This document shows, in pieces, positions 32,703 through 42,165 of a DNA stretch of 64,000 bases. Numbering within the stretch: position 1 is the stretch's first letter; the number at the start of each line of letters is the position of its first letter. The DNA comes from Candidatus Binatia bacterium (GTDB lineage: Bacteria; Desulfobacterota; Binatia; UBA9968; CAXXLF01): the NCBI GenBank assembly GCA_963664015.2, contig CAXXLF010000002.1:1184001-1248000 (forward strand). The letters run 5' to 3'. The position numbers were made by a program, and so were the translations under genes. A model generated the notes under the pieces. It saw only the letters and a program-made list of their open reading frames with translations. It was not told the origin of the DNA and searched no databases.

Positions 32703-33794
32703 CTATAGGCCGTAAAGGGTTTTGGGGTTATCCCAGAGTATTTTTCGTTTTGCCCCGTCGCTGATGCCTTCCATGCTTTTGAACTTTGCAATAGCGTTAA
32801 GCTCACTCGACGTGTCACCATGGCCATAGTCTGTTCCAATGACGAGGTTTTCTTCACCCGCGTAGGAGATGACGTATGGAAAGTCGTCGTCGGTCTGGGT
32901 CGAAACGTAAATATTGTACTCACGCAGTGGATTGCTGGGCGCCGGGTGATCGCCTCCCGCCGTACGTCGGACAGCCTCGTGAATCACCCACGGGACCCAT
33001 TGACTGGATACCTCGATAAACCCCCACCGTAGCTTAGGAAACACACGGGGGATCTCGCTCATGATCAATGCGTAACAAGCGGTTACCGTGGGGATCCGAA
33101 ACGTCGAGAAACCCCCTCCGGCTTCGTTGGCCATGAGCTTGAACAATTCATGGCTTCCATTACCGAGGTGCACGGTGATGGGCATGTCCAGGCGCTGAGC
33201 CTCGTCATAGATCGGATAGAAAAATGGATCCGTCATCATCTTTTCTTTTTCGAACGGCCGCATACAAACGCCAACGGCACCGTGCTCTTTGGCGAAACGA
33301 ATTTGCGGAATTGCCTCGGAAGGTGTCAGTGCGGGGACCACACAAGTGTAGCGTAGTCGGCCTTCGCCCTCCTTCCATACGTCAGCCATCCAACGGTTCC
33401 AACTCCACGATAGGGCGATCTCCGCGTCGGGCCGTTTGGTAACCGGCGTGATCCACATGGAATTGAACACCACCTGCACATCGATCCCCAACTCATCCAT
33501 ATGGCGCAGCCGCTTGGTCACATCGGCAACCTCTCGGGCTTCCACCGGGGTCCCCACGACCCGGCCGTATCTCTTTAAATGCTCCTCGGCTTGTTTTTCA
33601 TCGGGTGCTGGGAATTTACTTCCCAGGTTCTCACCGTCGAGAACCCATTGCTGTCTTTTGGGAGTTTTCGGCGACTGTACCAAAGTCGGACGGTATTTCT
33701 GCTCCGACGGTTCCAGGTAATCCCATACGCGCTCGCTTTCGACAACATGCGCATCAGCGTCAATGACTAAATTACTACCTTCGGTCGATTCCAT
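32703..33794 (-). CDS. Amidohydrolase_2 family protein
   Basis: IDADAHV, PITVHLG and IGTDYGH. Confidence 0.88.
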   Translation of the reverse strand: MESTEGSNLVIDADAHVVESERVWDYLEPSEQKYRPTLVQSPKTPKRQQWVLDGENLGSKFPAPDEKQAEEHLKRYGRVVGTPVEAREVADVTKRLRHMDELGIDVQVVFNSMWITPVTKRPDAEIALSWSWNRWMADVWKEGEGRLRYTCVVPALTPSEAIPQIRFAKEHGAVGVCMRPFEKEKMMTDPFFYPIYDEAQRLDMPITVHLGNGSHELFKLMANEAGGGFSTFRIPTVTACYALIMSEIPRVFPKLRWGFIEVSSQWVPWVIHEAVRRTAGGDHPAPSNPLREYNIYVSTQTDDDFPYVISYAGEENLVIGTDYGHGDTSSELNAIAKFKSMEGISDGAKRKILWDNPKTLYGL

Positions 33795-33924
33795 AAGCTC
33801 CTCCAAGGCGGCCTGCCCCCTCTTGTTGGCAAATCACCCTACACCGGAAACCTGCCGCTACCTCTATCACCCTTCAAGAAAAAACTCTATACTTCGGGCG
33901 CGGTTTCCATGCAGTCGCCAGGAC

Positions 33925-34046
33925 GGTATGAGTAGGTTGACACAACGGTCACGATCTTTTATAATGGTATGAGTAGGTTGACACAACGGTCACGATCTTT
34001 TATAATGGTATGAGTAGGTTGACACAACGGTCACGATCTTTTATAA
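33925..34046 (+). repeat. Three tandem 41-bp copies, each with a sigma70 promoter TTGACA-N17-TATAAT (third copy TATAAA)
   Basis: Unit GGTATGAGTAGGTTGACACAACGGTCACGATCTTTTATAAT at 33925, 33966 and 34007. Confidence 0.92.
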
Positions 34047-34622
34047 ATGAAGGAGAATCAAGTGAATCCCATCATGAGAGTTTTCTACAGCACATTGATA
34101 CTTGCATTCGTTTTAAGCGCGGCCGCCATCGCGGATGAAGAATCTCTAGCCCCCCGGGATTTAAAGAAGCTCAAAATTATTTCTTTTGTTCCCCCGGAAA
34201 AGGCATCCGAGTTTTCCCTCCAAAACCTCAAGGGCGAGACCGTCAAGCTCAGCAGCTATCGGGGAAAGCCCTTGATGCTCTATTTCTGGACCACCTGGTG
34301 ACCCGTATGCGCGAGGGAGTTGCCCTCGCTCCAAAAGATCTACCCTAAAATCAAGCAACACGGACTGGTCATCCTCCTCATCAACGTCAAGGAGCCCCCA
34401 GCAAAGGTCCGGAGCACGGTCAAGGAGCGAGGCTACGGTTTGCCGGTCCTTCTTGACATCCAGGGGACTACCGCCCAAGCCTACGGGGCCTGGGGCACCC
34501 CCGCTGTCTATTTGATCGACCCCCGTGGTCGCGTCGTGGCCGGAGGGATGGGGCCACACCATTGGAACACCCCTGAATGGGTCCGGGTGCTCAGTTCCCT
34601 GGGCGGATCGCCAGAAAATTGA
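34047..34622 (+). CDS. TlpA/ResA-like exported thioredoxin selenoprotein (UxxC; TGA 34299-34301 read as Sec); start may be GTG 34062
   Basis: Read-through gives LYFWTTW-U-PVCARELPSL, the FWATWCxxC motif, in frame with ORF 34320-34622 (YGAWGTPAVYLIDPRG). Signal peptide and SECIS-like hairpin present. Confidence 0.87.
34311..34329 (+). promoter_or_regulatory. Putative SECIS hairpin
   Basis: GCGAGGG-AGTTG-CCCTCGC, a 7-bp stem 9 nt after the UGA. Confidence 0.65.
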
Positions 34623-35331
34623 TTTACGAGTAAAAATGGTGGAACCTGACAATCCATTGATACGTTTAAACAGCACTAGACATCTCATCGGTCACCGTAT
34701 TGAATCTAAAAGGGAGATCTTTATGAAACGTCTCAAAAGGGCAGTGCTCGTTCTAATTCTTCCATTTGCCCTTTTCACGGTTTCAGTCTCGAGTGCTGCC
34801 GCCGTCTCGGTAGGTAATTATTTACCTGGCGTGACCGGGGCTACAATTTGACCCGACATTGAAAAGCTCCACGTATTGGCACCGCAGTTGTTGTGCGTGG
34901 CTGTTAGACTGAACGATTCGCCGCCCCCCCCAACGGTTATGGATAAGGCGACCTGGGCGTTCTGCCTGAATCCAGAGCTTGTCAAAGTGCTTACAGAGCT
35001 CGTATAAGTTTCGTTATCTATAAAAAAGGCCTCTTGATGGAGCGCGCCCTGCTTCCAATTTTGTCGGGAGCCGCCTGAATGCTGATCAGGATGTCTTTGG
35101 CGTGTTTCCTAACCAGCGCCTCGCGGAGCCAAAGTTCGACGGCTAGGAGAGGAGTAGGAACGAGTAGCAAGAGAACAAAGACAGGAATCCGAACCATAAG
35201 AACCGCTTGGACGGGGATCCATCCCTGTCAAATGAGATGTGCTATTACCCGGTCTGGAATTATAGAGAGGGCCCCTAAACAGCGGCCTCGTCCAACAATT
35301 TGTAGCTTCACAATATCACCTTTGCTGCGAG

Positions 35332-36483
35332 CTAACGGTAGACCTCATCGGGCATCTGGAACTTGGCGCCTTCTTTCTCCAGGGCTTCGAGGTAGCTCTT
35401 GCGGATCTGGGGGTCCTCATCCCTGTACTCGATGGTGTTCCCTCCCTTGGATTGGTCCAGATTCCAGGTCGTCTCATCGCCGGGTGCCCCGTAATAGGGC
35501 CGGGGATACCCACCGAGGAAGGCGAGAACCCGGAACTGTCCATTGGCGGTTCCGAAATGGGCGTGATACCAGTTGTCGCCCCCTGGTGCTGCACTCACGA
35601 GTCCGCCTTCAACGTAGTCCTGCCGCTTCACTAGATGGCCCTGTCCCGTTTCCCAAGGACGAATCCCAATCTCCCGGGGCCAGGTGATTGAGTATCCCTT
35701 ACCCCGCACACACACCACCACGGGTCCCGATTCGTGATAGTGGGCTTTGGAATATCGTCCCTGTGGGTACTCGGCTAAAAATCCAAAAAAGCTATTTTCA
35801 GACAGTCGCCATTTGAAATATCGGTGTCCTGCGCCCCTTTGGTTCTCCAGGGGCAACTCACAGTTTAGGGTGTCGGGCACCAGGTTACCGGGATTGACGT
35901 GGCGACCTGACAGGGGATCGATATCCAGCTGATCAGCGGGCTTGAAGTAGTCCGTGTCGGCACCATACCGGTCGTCAAATTCAAAGTGATTCTCGAAGAT
36001 AAATCGCCGGCTGCGGTAGAGCGCCATGATGGGAGGCGCATTGGTCGCAACGAGCAAGAGTGCCGGACTGGAGGCTGCGTTCACTAGACGGTGCCAACTA
36101 TTAAGAGGAGGGGAGAACAAACTACTCTTTTGCCACTCAAAGATCTGTTTCTTCTCGGGATTGCCGTCCGTCCAAATTTCAGTCGTTCCGCGGCCTTCTA
36201 CGACCCAGAAGATCTCCTCGTACATGTGCCTTTCGGGAATAAGGGCACCGCCGGGAGGTATCTCCAGGACGTAAAGGCCCGATTTGCCCCCGACCCCGTT
36301 GAGTTCGAGATAGGCGCCGTTGCCGCCGGTACGTTTCCACGGGCCCAGGGTCAGGTCTCGCACATCATAGACCCCTAATCCCCGGACAATGGGAATACCC
36401 TCTTCCTCGATGAAGGACTCGTAGACCGTGGGAGGCCGTTTCCAGCGAAAACGTCCTACAACTTTTAGATCTTCCTCCGCCAT
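35332..36483 (-). CDS. Bicupin domain protein
   Basis: ERHMYEEIFWVVEGRG...WHRLVN and KAHYHESG...WYHAHF cupin motifs. Confidence 0.8.
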   Translation of the reverse strand: MAEEDLKVVGRFRWKRPPTVYESFIEEEGIPIVRGLGVYDVRDLTLGPWKRTGGNGAYLELNGVGGKSGLYVLEIPPGGALIPERHMYEEIFWVVEGRGTTEIWTDGNPEKKQIFEWQKSSLFSPPLNSWHRLVNAASSPALLLVATNAPPIMALYRSRRFIFENHFEFDDRYGADTDYFKPADQLDIDPLSGRHVNPGNLVPDTLNCELPLENQRGAGHRYFKWRLSENSFFGFLAEYPQGRYSKAHYHESGPVVVCVRGKGYSITWPREIGIRPWETGQGHLVKRQDYVEGGLVSAAPGGDNWYHAHFGTANGQFRVLAFLGGYPRPYYGAPGDETTWNLDQSKGGNTIEYRDEDPQIRKSYLEALEKEGAKFQMPDEVYR

Positions 36484-37162
36484 GACTGCTCCTCCAAGTT
36501 GCTTTTTGATTCAATCTTGTCTGAATAACAGCACTTCAGTGCCGAATGCGAATCTTCCAACGCGGGGTGCTGAATGCCGTATGAATATGATTTCTGACGG
36601 TAGGTTATAGCGCTCTTAGCGAGAGGATTGCAACCGGACCTTGTCTCGCCTATTTCAAGATTGAGGTGAAACAATTATATCCAACCCAGGCTCAAGGACT
36701 AGAGCTTGGGATCAATATCACATTGCTTGCGGCTGTCAGGATGTTTTGGTTGAAATTCAGGTAAAATTGCAGGTTCGGAACGACTATGAAAACTCTACCC
36801 GTGACGGAAACATAAAGGAGGTCAACAAGGGATTCGACAAAAATATCAAGTTTCCAGTGCAACCGAGGGTCAACTAGCAGAAGTGATTGGCAAAGTTTCC
36901 CCTTCCATATTACCCCTCAATAGGCTAGCTTTGAGTCTACTCTGGCCTCCTCAAAACTTACTAGATTATCCTAATAAGCCAGGCACATCAGGGACCGGAT
37001 TTACTCCTTGTGTTTCGCATAAACGGAGTCTAGATGATGGTGGGGATAGAATTCCTTCAATAGATGAGCTTAATAACTATTTCCAGGGGACATCTTTTCG
37101 GGAAAAACCGTGGAGAAGATGCAAAAGATAAAAGTTCCTAATCACCCTGAAAGAGGTATTCG

Positions 37163-38752
37163 ATGCGCATATTCCTGATCCACATTCGCGACCCCCAGTT
37201 CTACGCGCTGCCGGCAACAACCCGTGCCAAGAACGGAAACATCCGGGTTATGGGGTTCCCGCCCATTGGGATCATGTCACTCTCGGCAGTGCTCAAGCGC
37301 GACGGCCACGAGTGCGTTATATTCGACCAGGCCAATCCGGCGACACCGAACGAGGTGATTATCGAGGAGATCAAGCGGCAGCGTCCGGCGCTGGTCGGCC
37401 TGAGTTTCCTGAGTACCACCAGCTACCCGTATGCGAAGATCCTCGCCCGACAGATCCGGGCGTCCGATGCGGCGGTGCGACTGGCATTCGGTGGGGTGTT
37501 CGCCACCCTTAACGCCCAGCTGGTAAAGCGACAATGCCCTGAAGTGGACTTCGTATGCCGCGGCGACGGTGAGCAACTGCTTCTGGACCTGCTGGATCGC
37601 TTGGAAGACCCTGCCGACGTTGCCGGGCTTACCTGGGCCAAGGATGGAGAGCTGGTGCATAATCCAGACCGGCCGCTGGAGCGCAATCTTGACCAGTGGC
37701 CGTTCCCGGACCGGGAGAGCCTTCCCTTGGACTTCATCGAGTCCATGCCCCTCGATGTACCCGCCGTCCTCTCCATGGATCGATTCACGACCATGCAGAC
37801 TTCCCGCGGCTGCCCGTGGCCGTGCGTGTTCTGCGACATTCCGATCTTCAACGAGGGGAAGTGGCGCTCCCGTTCCCCACAGCACGTTCTAGCGGAGTTT
37901 GACCACCTGCAAGAGATGGGTTACGGAGCAGTGTACTTCGTGGACGACCACTTCCTCCTTCAGCCCAAACGGATCGAAGCCATCTGCAAGGGGATCAACC
38001 GGAACGGGATCACCATTGAGTGGGGCTGTGAAGGGCGCGTCGACTCGGTCGTCCAGCACCTGTTTCCGGCCATGGCCAAGGCTCACTGCCGTACGCTCAT
38101 GTTGGGGATCGAGTCGGGAAGCCAGAAAGTGCTCGATCGACTAAAGAAAGAGCAATCGCTTGCTGAGGTTGAGACAGCCGTGGTCAATGCCAAAGAAGCG
38201 GGGATTGAGATCGTACACGGGTTCTTCGTCCTCGGGAACCCGGACGAGACGGTTGAGGATGTTCGCGCCACCTTCGACTTCGCCGCCAAGCTCCCGCTGG
38301 ACACCTTTGGCTTCAACCGCCTTTGCGTCTATCGCGGAACACCGCTCTGGCACGAGTACGTCCAGCGCGGCCTGGTGAACGAAGTGGACGATTGGTACAA
38401 GTATTTCAAGTGCTCGGAAATCGACCCTACCTGTCTTTCCGGCGAAGCGATCAACATCGAGCGTACCGCCGGGTTGCGGCGGTTGTTTCGCTACAAGTTA
38501 ATGCACTACCCACTCCAGACGTTCCGGCTGCTGCGGCGTTTTCTCCGTCACATGCCCCTGCGCGACGTTGTCTATCTTCTCGCTAAGCCGTTCCTCGGGG
38601 CGAAACGCGGGGCAACGAAGGCCGAGGTACTATCACGCGCCGTCGATCACGGCGAGGCAAAGACGGCGGCAGCAGAGCTCACAAGGGTATCCGACCCCAT
38701 CCTTGCTAAAGTTGCGCATGAGTCACAGTTGGAACGCCAGCGGTTGCAGTAA
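37163..38752 (+). CDS. B12-binding radical SAM protein (class B methylase-like)
   Basis: PPIGIMSLSAVL cobalamin-binding domain, TSRGCPWPCVFC and GIESGSQ. Confidence 0.9.
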   Translation: MRIFLIHIRDPQFYALPATTRAKNGNIRVMGFPPIGIMSLSAVLKRDGHECVIFDQANPATPNEVIIEEIKRQRPALVGLSFLSTTSYPYAKILARQIRASDAAVRLAFGGVFATLNAQLVKRQCPEVDFVCRGDGEQLLLDLLDRLEDPADVAGLTWAKDGELVHNPDRPLERNLDQWPFPDRESLPLDFIESMPLDVPAVLSMDRFTTMQTSRGCPWPCVFCDIPIFNEGKWRSRSPQHVLAEFDHLQEMGYGAVYFVDDHFLLQPKRIEAICKGINRNGITIEWGCEGRVDSVVQHLFPAMAKAHCRTLMLGIESGSQKVLDRLKKEQSLAEVETAVVNAKEAGIEIVHGFFVLGNPDETVEDVRATFDFAAKLPLDTFGFNRLCVYRGTPLWHEYVQRGLVNEVDDWYKYFKCSEIDPTCLSGEAINIERTAGLRRLFRYKLMHYPLQTFRLLRRFLRHMPLRDVVYLLAKPFLGAKRGATKAEVLSRAVDHGEAKTAAAELTRVSDPILAKVAHESQLERQRLQ

Positions 38753-38843
38753 ACGGCCAACAGTGTTTTGGGGACAGGTCTAGCAATCACGCAGCGTAAG
38801 GGCTGGACGGATGGGAGAGAGAGGGTTCGAAGATTATATCGAA

Positions 38844-38890
38844 TGGTGGTCGCAGCAGGACTCGAACCTGCGACCTCTTGCATGTGAAGC
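38844..38890 (-). mobile_element. 3' half of tRNA-Val(CAC), interpreted as the att site of an integrated element
   Basis: Minus strand GC-TTCACAT-GCAAGAGGTC-GCAGG-TTCGAGT-CCTGC-TGCGACC-ACCA; the 5' acceptor strand and D arm are absent. Confidence 0.85.
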
Positions 38891-39487
38891 GTATTACTAC
38901 CGTGACGATAACCTAATCCTTCCTACAATACCCAAGCAATCCAATGGATCTGGCCTTCGTGGTTCGTCAGTTGTTGGGGCTTGTATGCTCCAGTACACGG
39001 ACATAAGGCGGTACAGTGGCGTAGACCCATCTATGGGGTCTACCCGCTACCTCAAAAGAGATTCTTACCCCCTACTCCAGGCAATATTAGCTAGGTATCT
39101 GTTGCGTATTATGCAAAAGGTCCCTTCTAACCACTTGAACAGCAAGGCCTATTTCACCCCTGTCCGTGTTCTGTCCGTGGCTTTCACGGGAGGTCCCATA
39201 TAATACGACCAGCCAAAACAAAGCAGGGGAAGCGGGGATAGTAAGAACACCATGGAGAGTGTGTATCAAAATGCCCCGATGTCGAGATCCCAAGGGTCGC
39301 AGCGTCCAGGGCAGAATCCCCAAGGGCAAGGCGGCACACCCCCCACCCCGGCATATGGGCATAGGGGAGGTTGGCGCACGTCCCCACGAAACAAAAGGCC
39401 CCCCCCTGGGGGATCACATGGGGGGCCCCTCTCCCAATTTTTCAAAAATCATAAAAGGGTTCAAATTATTACTAGAGGATAACCAAT

Positions 39488-39946
39488 ATGGCAGGAAAGA
39501 GCAGATTACGGACTAATATACCAGACGCAGCAAGGGCTAAGGCTATGCATGAGGCCGGTATAAGGATAGGCGAGATCGTGGAGGCTACAGGAGTCTCTCA
39601 ACGGGTGATTTATGACATTGTCCATGGGGTCGGTAAATGGGGTCAGATCGTCCATAACGATGAGCGGTTCAAGCAGTATAGAGATGAGGTAAAAAAGCAG
39701 CTACAAACCGGCTCCCTGGAACTTTCCAAAAAGTGCCTAACCCAGATAGAGGATAAGCTACCGCAGGCCAGTGCAGCACAGGCAGCGGTGGTCTACGGCA
39801 TCATCTTTGACAAGGAACGCCTTCAGGCCGGGGAAAGTTCCTTGAATGTAGCCGTCATCAACAAACGTGATCTGGAGGATGAGGACGCCCTTTTAGCCAG
39901 GCTGGCAGCTTCCATGATAGAGGATAAGGTTTCCAAGGGTGAGTAA
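39488..39946 (+). CDS. Phage-like HTH protein resembling a terminase small subunit
   Basis: N-terminal HTH (GIRIGEIVEATGVSQRVIYDIV), helical middle and QAAVVYGIIFDKERL; lies next to the att site. Confidence 0.45.
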   Translation: MAGKSRLRTNIPDAARAKAMHEAGIRIGEIVEATGVSQRVIYDIVHGVGKWGQIVHNDERFKQYRDEVKKQLQTGSLELSKKCLTQIEDKLPQASAAQAAVVYGIIFDKERLQAGESSLNVAVINKRDLEDEDALLARLAASMIEDKVSKGE

Positions 39947-39987
39947 TCCAATATCGTTAACGCTCTTAATGTGGACTCTCAGCACCA

Positions 39988-40406
39988 CTACCAAAACTTC
40001 CACCAACTAGGTTTGTTCCTTCCACATCCCTTGTATTTCTTCTTCACGCATTCACGGGCAAGTTCTTGTGCGGCAGAGATGTCGGTGGGGGTCATCAGTT
40101 TCGCAATAATGTCTCTGTTTTTGGATGCGCTCTTAGATTTCCCAGATGATACGGCAATATTTGCCCACATATGGGCATAGACATAGTCCTGTAAAACACC
40201 TTGTCCCGTGTGGTACATCAAACCCAGATTGAACTGGGCATCGGCATATCCCTGTTCCGCAAGGGGTGTCCATTCACGCAGAGCGGTTGCGTAGTCACCA
40301 CTTTGGGCAGCAGTTAGACCCTTTTGGAAATCAGCACTCCAACTCATCCCGTAATCCCAAGAAGCAGGGCAATCGTCAGGCAGATGGTGGCGGTCAGGTT
40401 TCTCAT
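39988..40406 (-). CDS. Sel1-repeat protein A (1 repeat, GRNKPSWWKFW tail); signal peptide frameshifted
   Basis: MRNLTATICLTIALLLGITG* is out of frame with MSWSADFQKG...ARECVKKKYKGC. Confidence 0.8.
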
Positions 40407-40460
40407 AGGGAAAAGAGTTACACAGAATGGGGGATTTGGGTAGTCAGAATGAGATTATAC

Positions 40461-41708
40461 TCAACACCCTTTGTATTTCTTACGGACGCATTCACGGGCA
40501 AGGTCTTGTGTTTTTTCAAGTTGGGATGGGGTCAATAACTTCGCAACCAAATCTCTCACCTTCTCCCCTCCCTCATATCCATTAGATGCGGCAATATTCC
40601 CCCACATATGGGCATAGACATAGTCCTGGATGACACCTCGTCCCATGCCGTACATCACACCCAGATTGGACTGGGCAACGGCAAGCCCCTGCTTGGCAGC
40701 AAGTCGGTACCACTTCACCGCAGTCTTATAGTTCTGTGGAACACCTTGTCCCTTGGCGTACATCCAACCCAGATTGAACTGAGCCTCGGCATCCCCCTGT
40801 TCGGCAGCAAGTCTGTACCACTTCAGTGCAGTCTTGTAGTCCTGTGGAACACCCTCTCCTTTGCGGTACATCCAACCCAGATTGTTCTGGGCATCGGCAT
40901 CCCCCTGTTCGGCAGAAAGCGTGTACCACTTCACCGCAGCCCTATAGTCCTTTGGCACATTTTGTCCTTTTGCGTACATCAAACCCAGATTGTACTGGGC
41001 ATCGGCATTCCCCTGTTCGGCAGAAAGTCGGTACCACTTCACCGCAGTCTTATAATCCTGTGGGACACCTCGTCCTTTATCGTACATCACACCCAGATTA
41101 TACTGGGCAATGGCAAGCCCCTGTTCGGCAGCAAGTCTGAGCCACTTCACCGCAGTCTTATAGTCCGGTGGAACACCTTGTCCCTTGGCGTACATCAAAC
41201 CCAGATTGGACTGGGCATCGGCATCCCCCTGTTCGGCAGAAAGCGTGTACCACTTCACCGCAGCCCTATAGTCCTTTGGCACACCTTGTCCTTTTGCGTA
41301 CATAAAACCCAGATTGTACTGGGCATCGGCATTCCCCTGTTCGGCAGAAAGTCGGAACCACTTCACCGCAGTCTTATAGTTCTGTGGAACACCTTGTCCC
41401 TTGGCGTACATCCAACCCAGATTGAACTGAGCCTCGGCATCCCCCTGTTCGGCAGCAAGTCGGTACCACTTCACCGCAGTCTTATAGTTCTGTGGAACAC
41501 CCTCTCCTTTGTCGTACATCCAACCCACATTGTACTGGGCCTCGGCATATCCCTGTTCGGCAAGGGGTGTCCATTCACGCAGAGCAGTTGCGTAGTCTTT
41601 CTTGTTGTACGCATCCCATCCCTTCTGGAAGTCAGCACTCCACGACATCCCCGCACTTCCAAGAAGCACGGCAATGGTCAGGCAGATGGTGGCGGTCAGA
41701 CGTTTCAC
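40461..41708 (-). CDS. Secreted Sel1-repeat protein B (9 repeats)
   Basis: Signal peptide, nine 36-aa AQxNLGxMYxxGxGVPQDYxxAxKW units and ARECVRKKYKGC cap. Confidence 0.93.
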   Translation of the reverse strand: MKRLTATICLTIAVLLGSAGMSWSADFQKGWDAYNKKDYATALREWTPLAEQGYAEAQYNVGWMYDKGEGVPQNYKTAVKWYRLAAEQGDAEAQFNLGWMYAKGQGVPQNYKTAVKWFRLSAEQGNADAQYNLGFMYAKGQGVPKDYRAAVKWYTLSAEQGDADAQSNLGLMYAKGQGVPPDYKTAVKWLRLAAEQGLAIAQYNLGVMYDKGRGVPQDYKTAVKWYRLSAEQGNADAQYNLGLMYAKGQNVPKDYRAAVKWYTLSAEQGDADAQNNLGWMYRKGEGVPQDYKTALKWYRLAAEQGDAEAQFNLGWMYAKGQGVPQNYKTAVKWYRLAAKQGLAVAQSNLGVMYGMGRGVIQDYVYAHMWGNIAASNGYEGGEKVRDLVAKLLTPSQLEKTQDLARECVRKKYKGC

Positions 41709-41762
41709 AGGGAAAAGAGTTACACAGAATGGGGGATTTGGGTAGTCAGAATTGAATTATAC

Positions 41763-41910
41763 TCAACACCCTTTGCATTTCTTACGGACGCACTCACGGG
41801 CAAGTCTCTGTGCTTCTGCGATTTGGGTAGGGGTCATTTGTTTCGCAACCATGTCTTGCAACTTCATTCCCTTCTTACTCCCATTGGACGCACCTAGGTT
41901 TCCCCACATA
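41763..41910 (-). pseudogene. Sel1 gene C-terminal remnant
   Basis: MWGNLGASNGSKKGMKLQDMVAKQMTPTQIAEAQRLARECVRKKCKGC*; cut off 15 bp from the tRNA-Ser 3' end. Confidence 0.85.
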
Positions 41911-41925
41911 AAGGTTGGGAAGTCG

Positions 41926-42016
41926 TGGCAGAGGGGGAGGGATTCGAACCCCCGTTACCCAATGGGCAACCTTGATTTCGAGTCAAGCGCCTTCAAGCGG
42001 GCTCGGCCACCTCTCC
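41926..42016 (-). tRNA. tRNA-Ser(CGA), possibly degenerate
   Basis: GGAGAGG acceptor, CTTGA-CTCGAAA-TCAAG anticodon arm, long variable arm, TTCGAAT T loop and GCCA end. One A-C acceptor mismatch and no GG in the D loop. Confidence 0.75.
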
Positions 42017-42165
42017 CCAATGAAATTGACAACTCCCAGCTTTGTGTAAATCAAATCTATCATTCTATCTTATATTTGATAACACTAAAGGCAGAAGGCT
42101 TACTACCGATAGAACCAACCAAATAATATGAATAGTAGTAGTAATAAAATGGAGGGATTAGAAGG

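Noticed and set aside
33925-34046. Possible CRISPR array
   Set aside because: Units are contiguous with no spacers and no cas genes; it is a tandem promoter repeat.
34723-34971. Third selenoprotein (signal peptide ...GATI-TGA-PDIEK)
   Set aside because: No redox motif, no convincing SECIS and unrecognisable downstream sequence; more likely a truncated secreted-protein remnant.
40608-41897. 429-aa plus-strand repetitive ORF (also 43535-44176, 55776-56252, 59932-60486)
   Set aside because: Antisense shadows of the Sel1 repeats; a stop-free frame is simply propagated by the 108-bp module.
41926-42016. tRNA-Sec (selC) serving the selenoproteins
   Set aside because: The anticodon is CGA, not TCA, and the acceptor stem is 7 bp.
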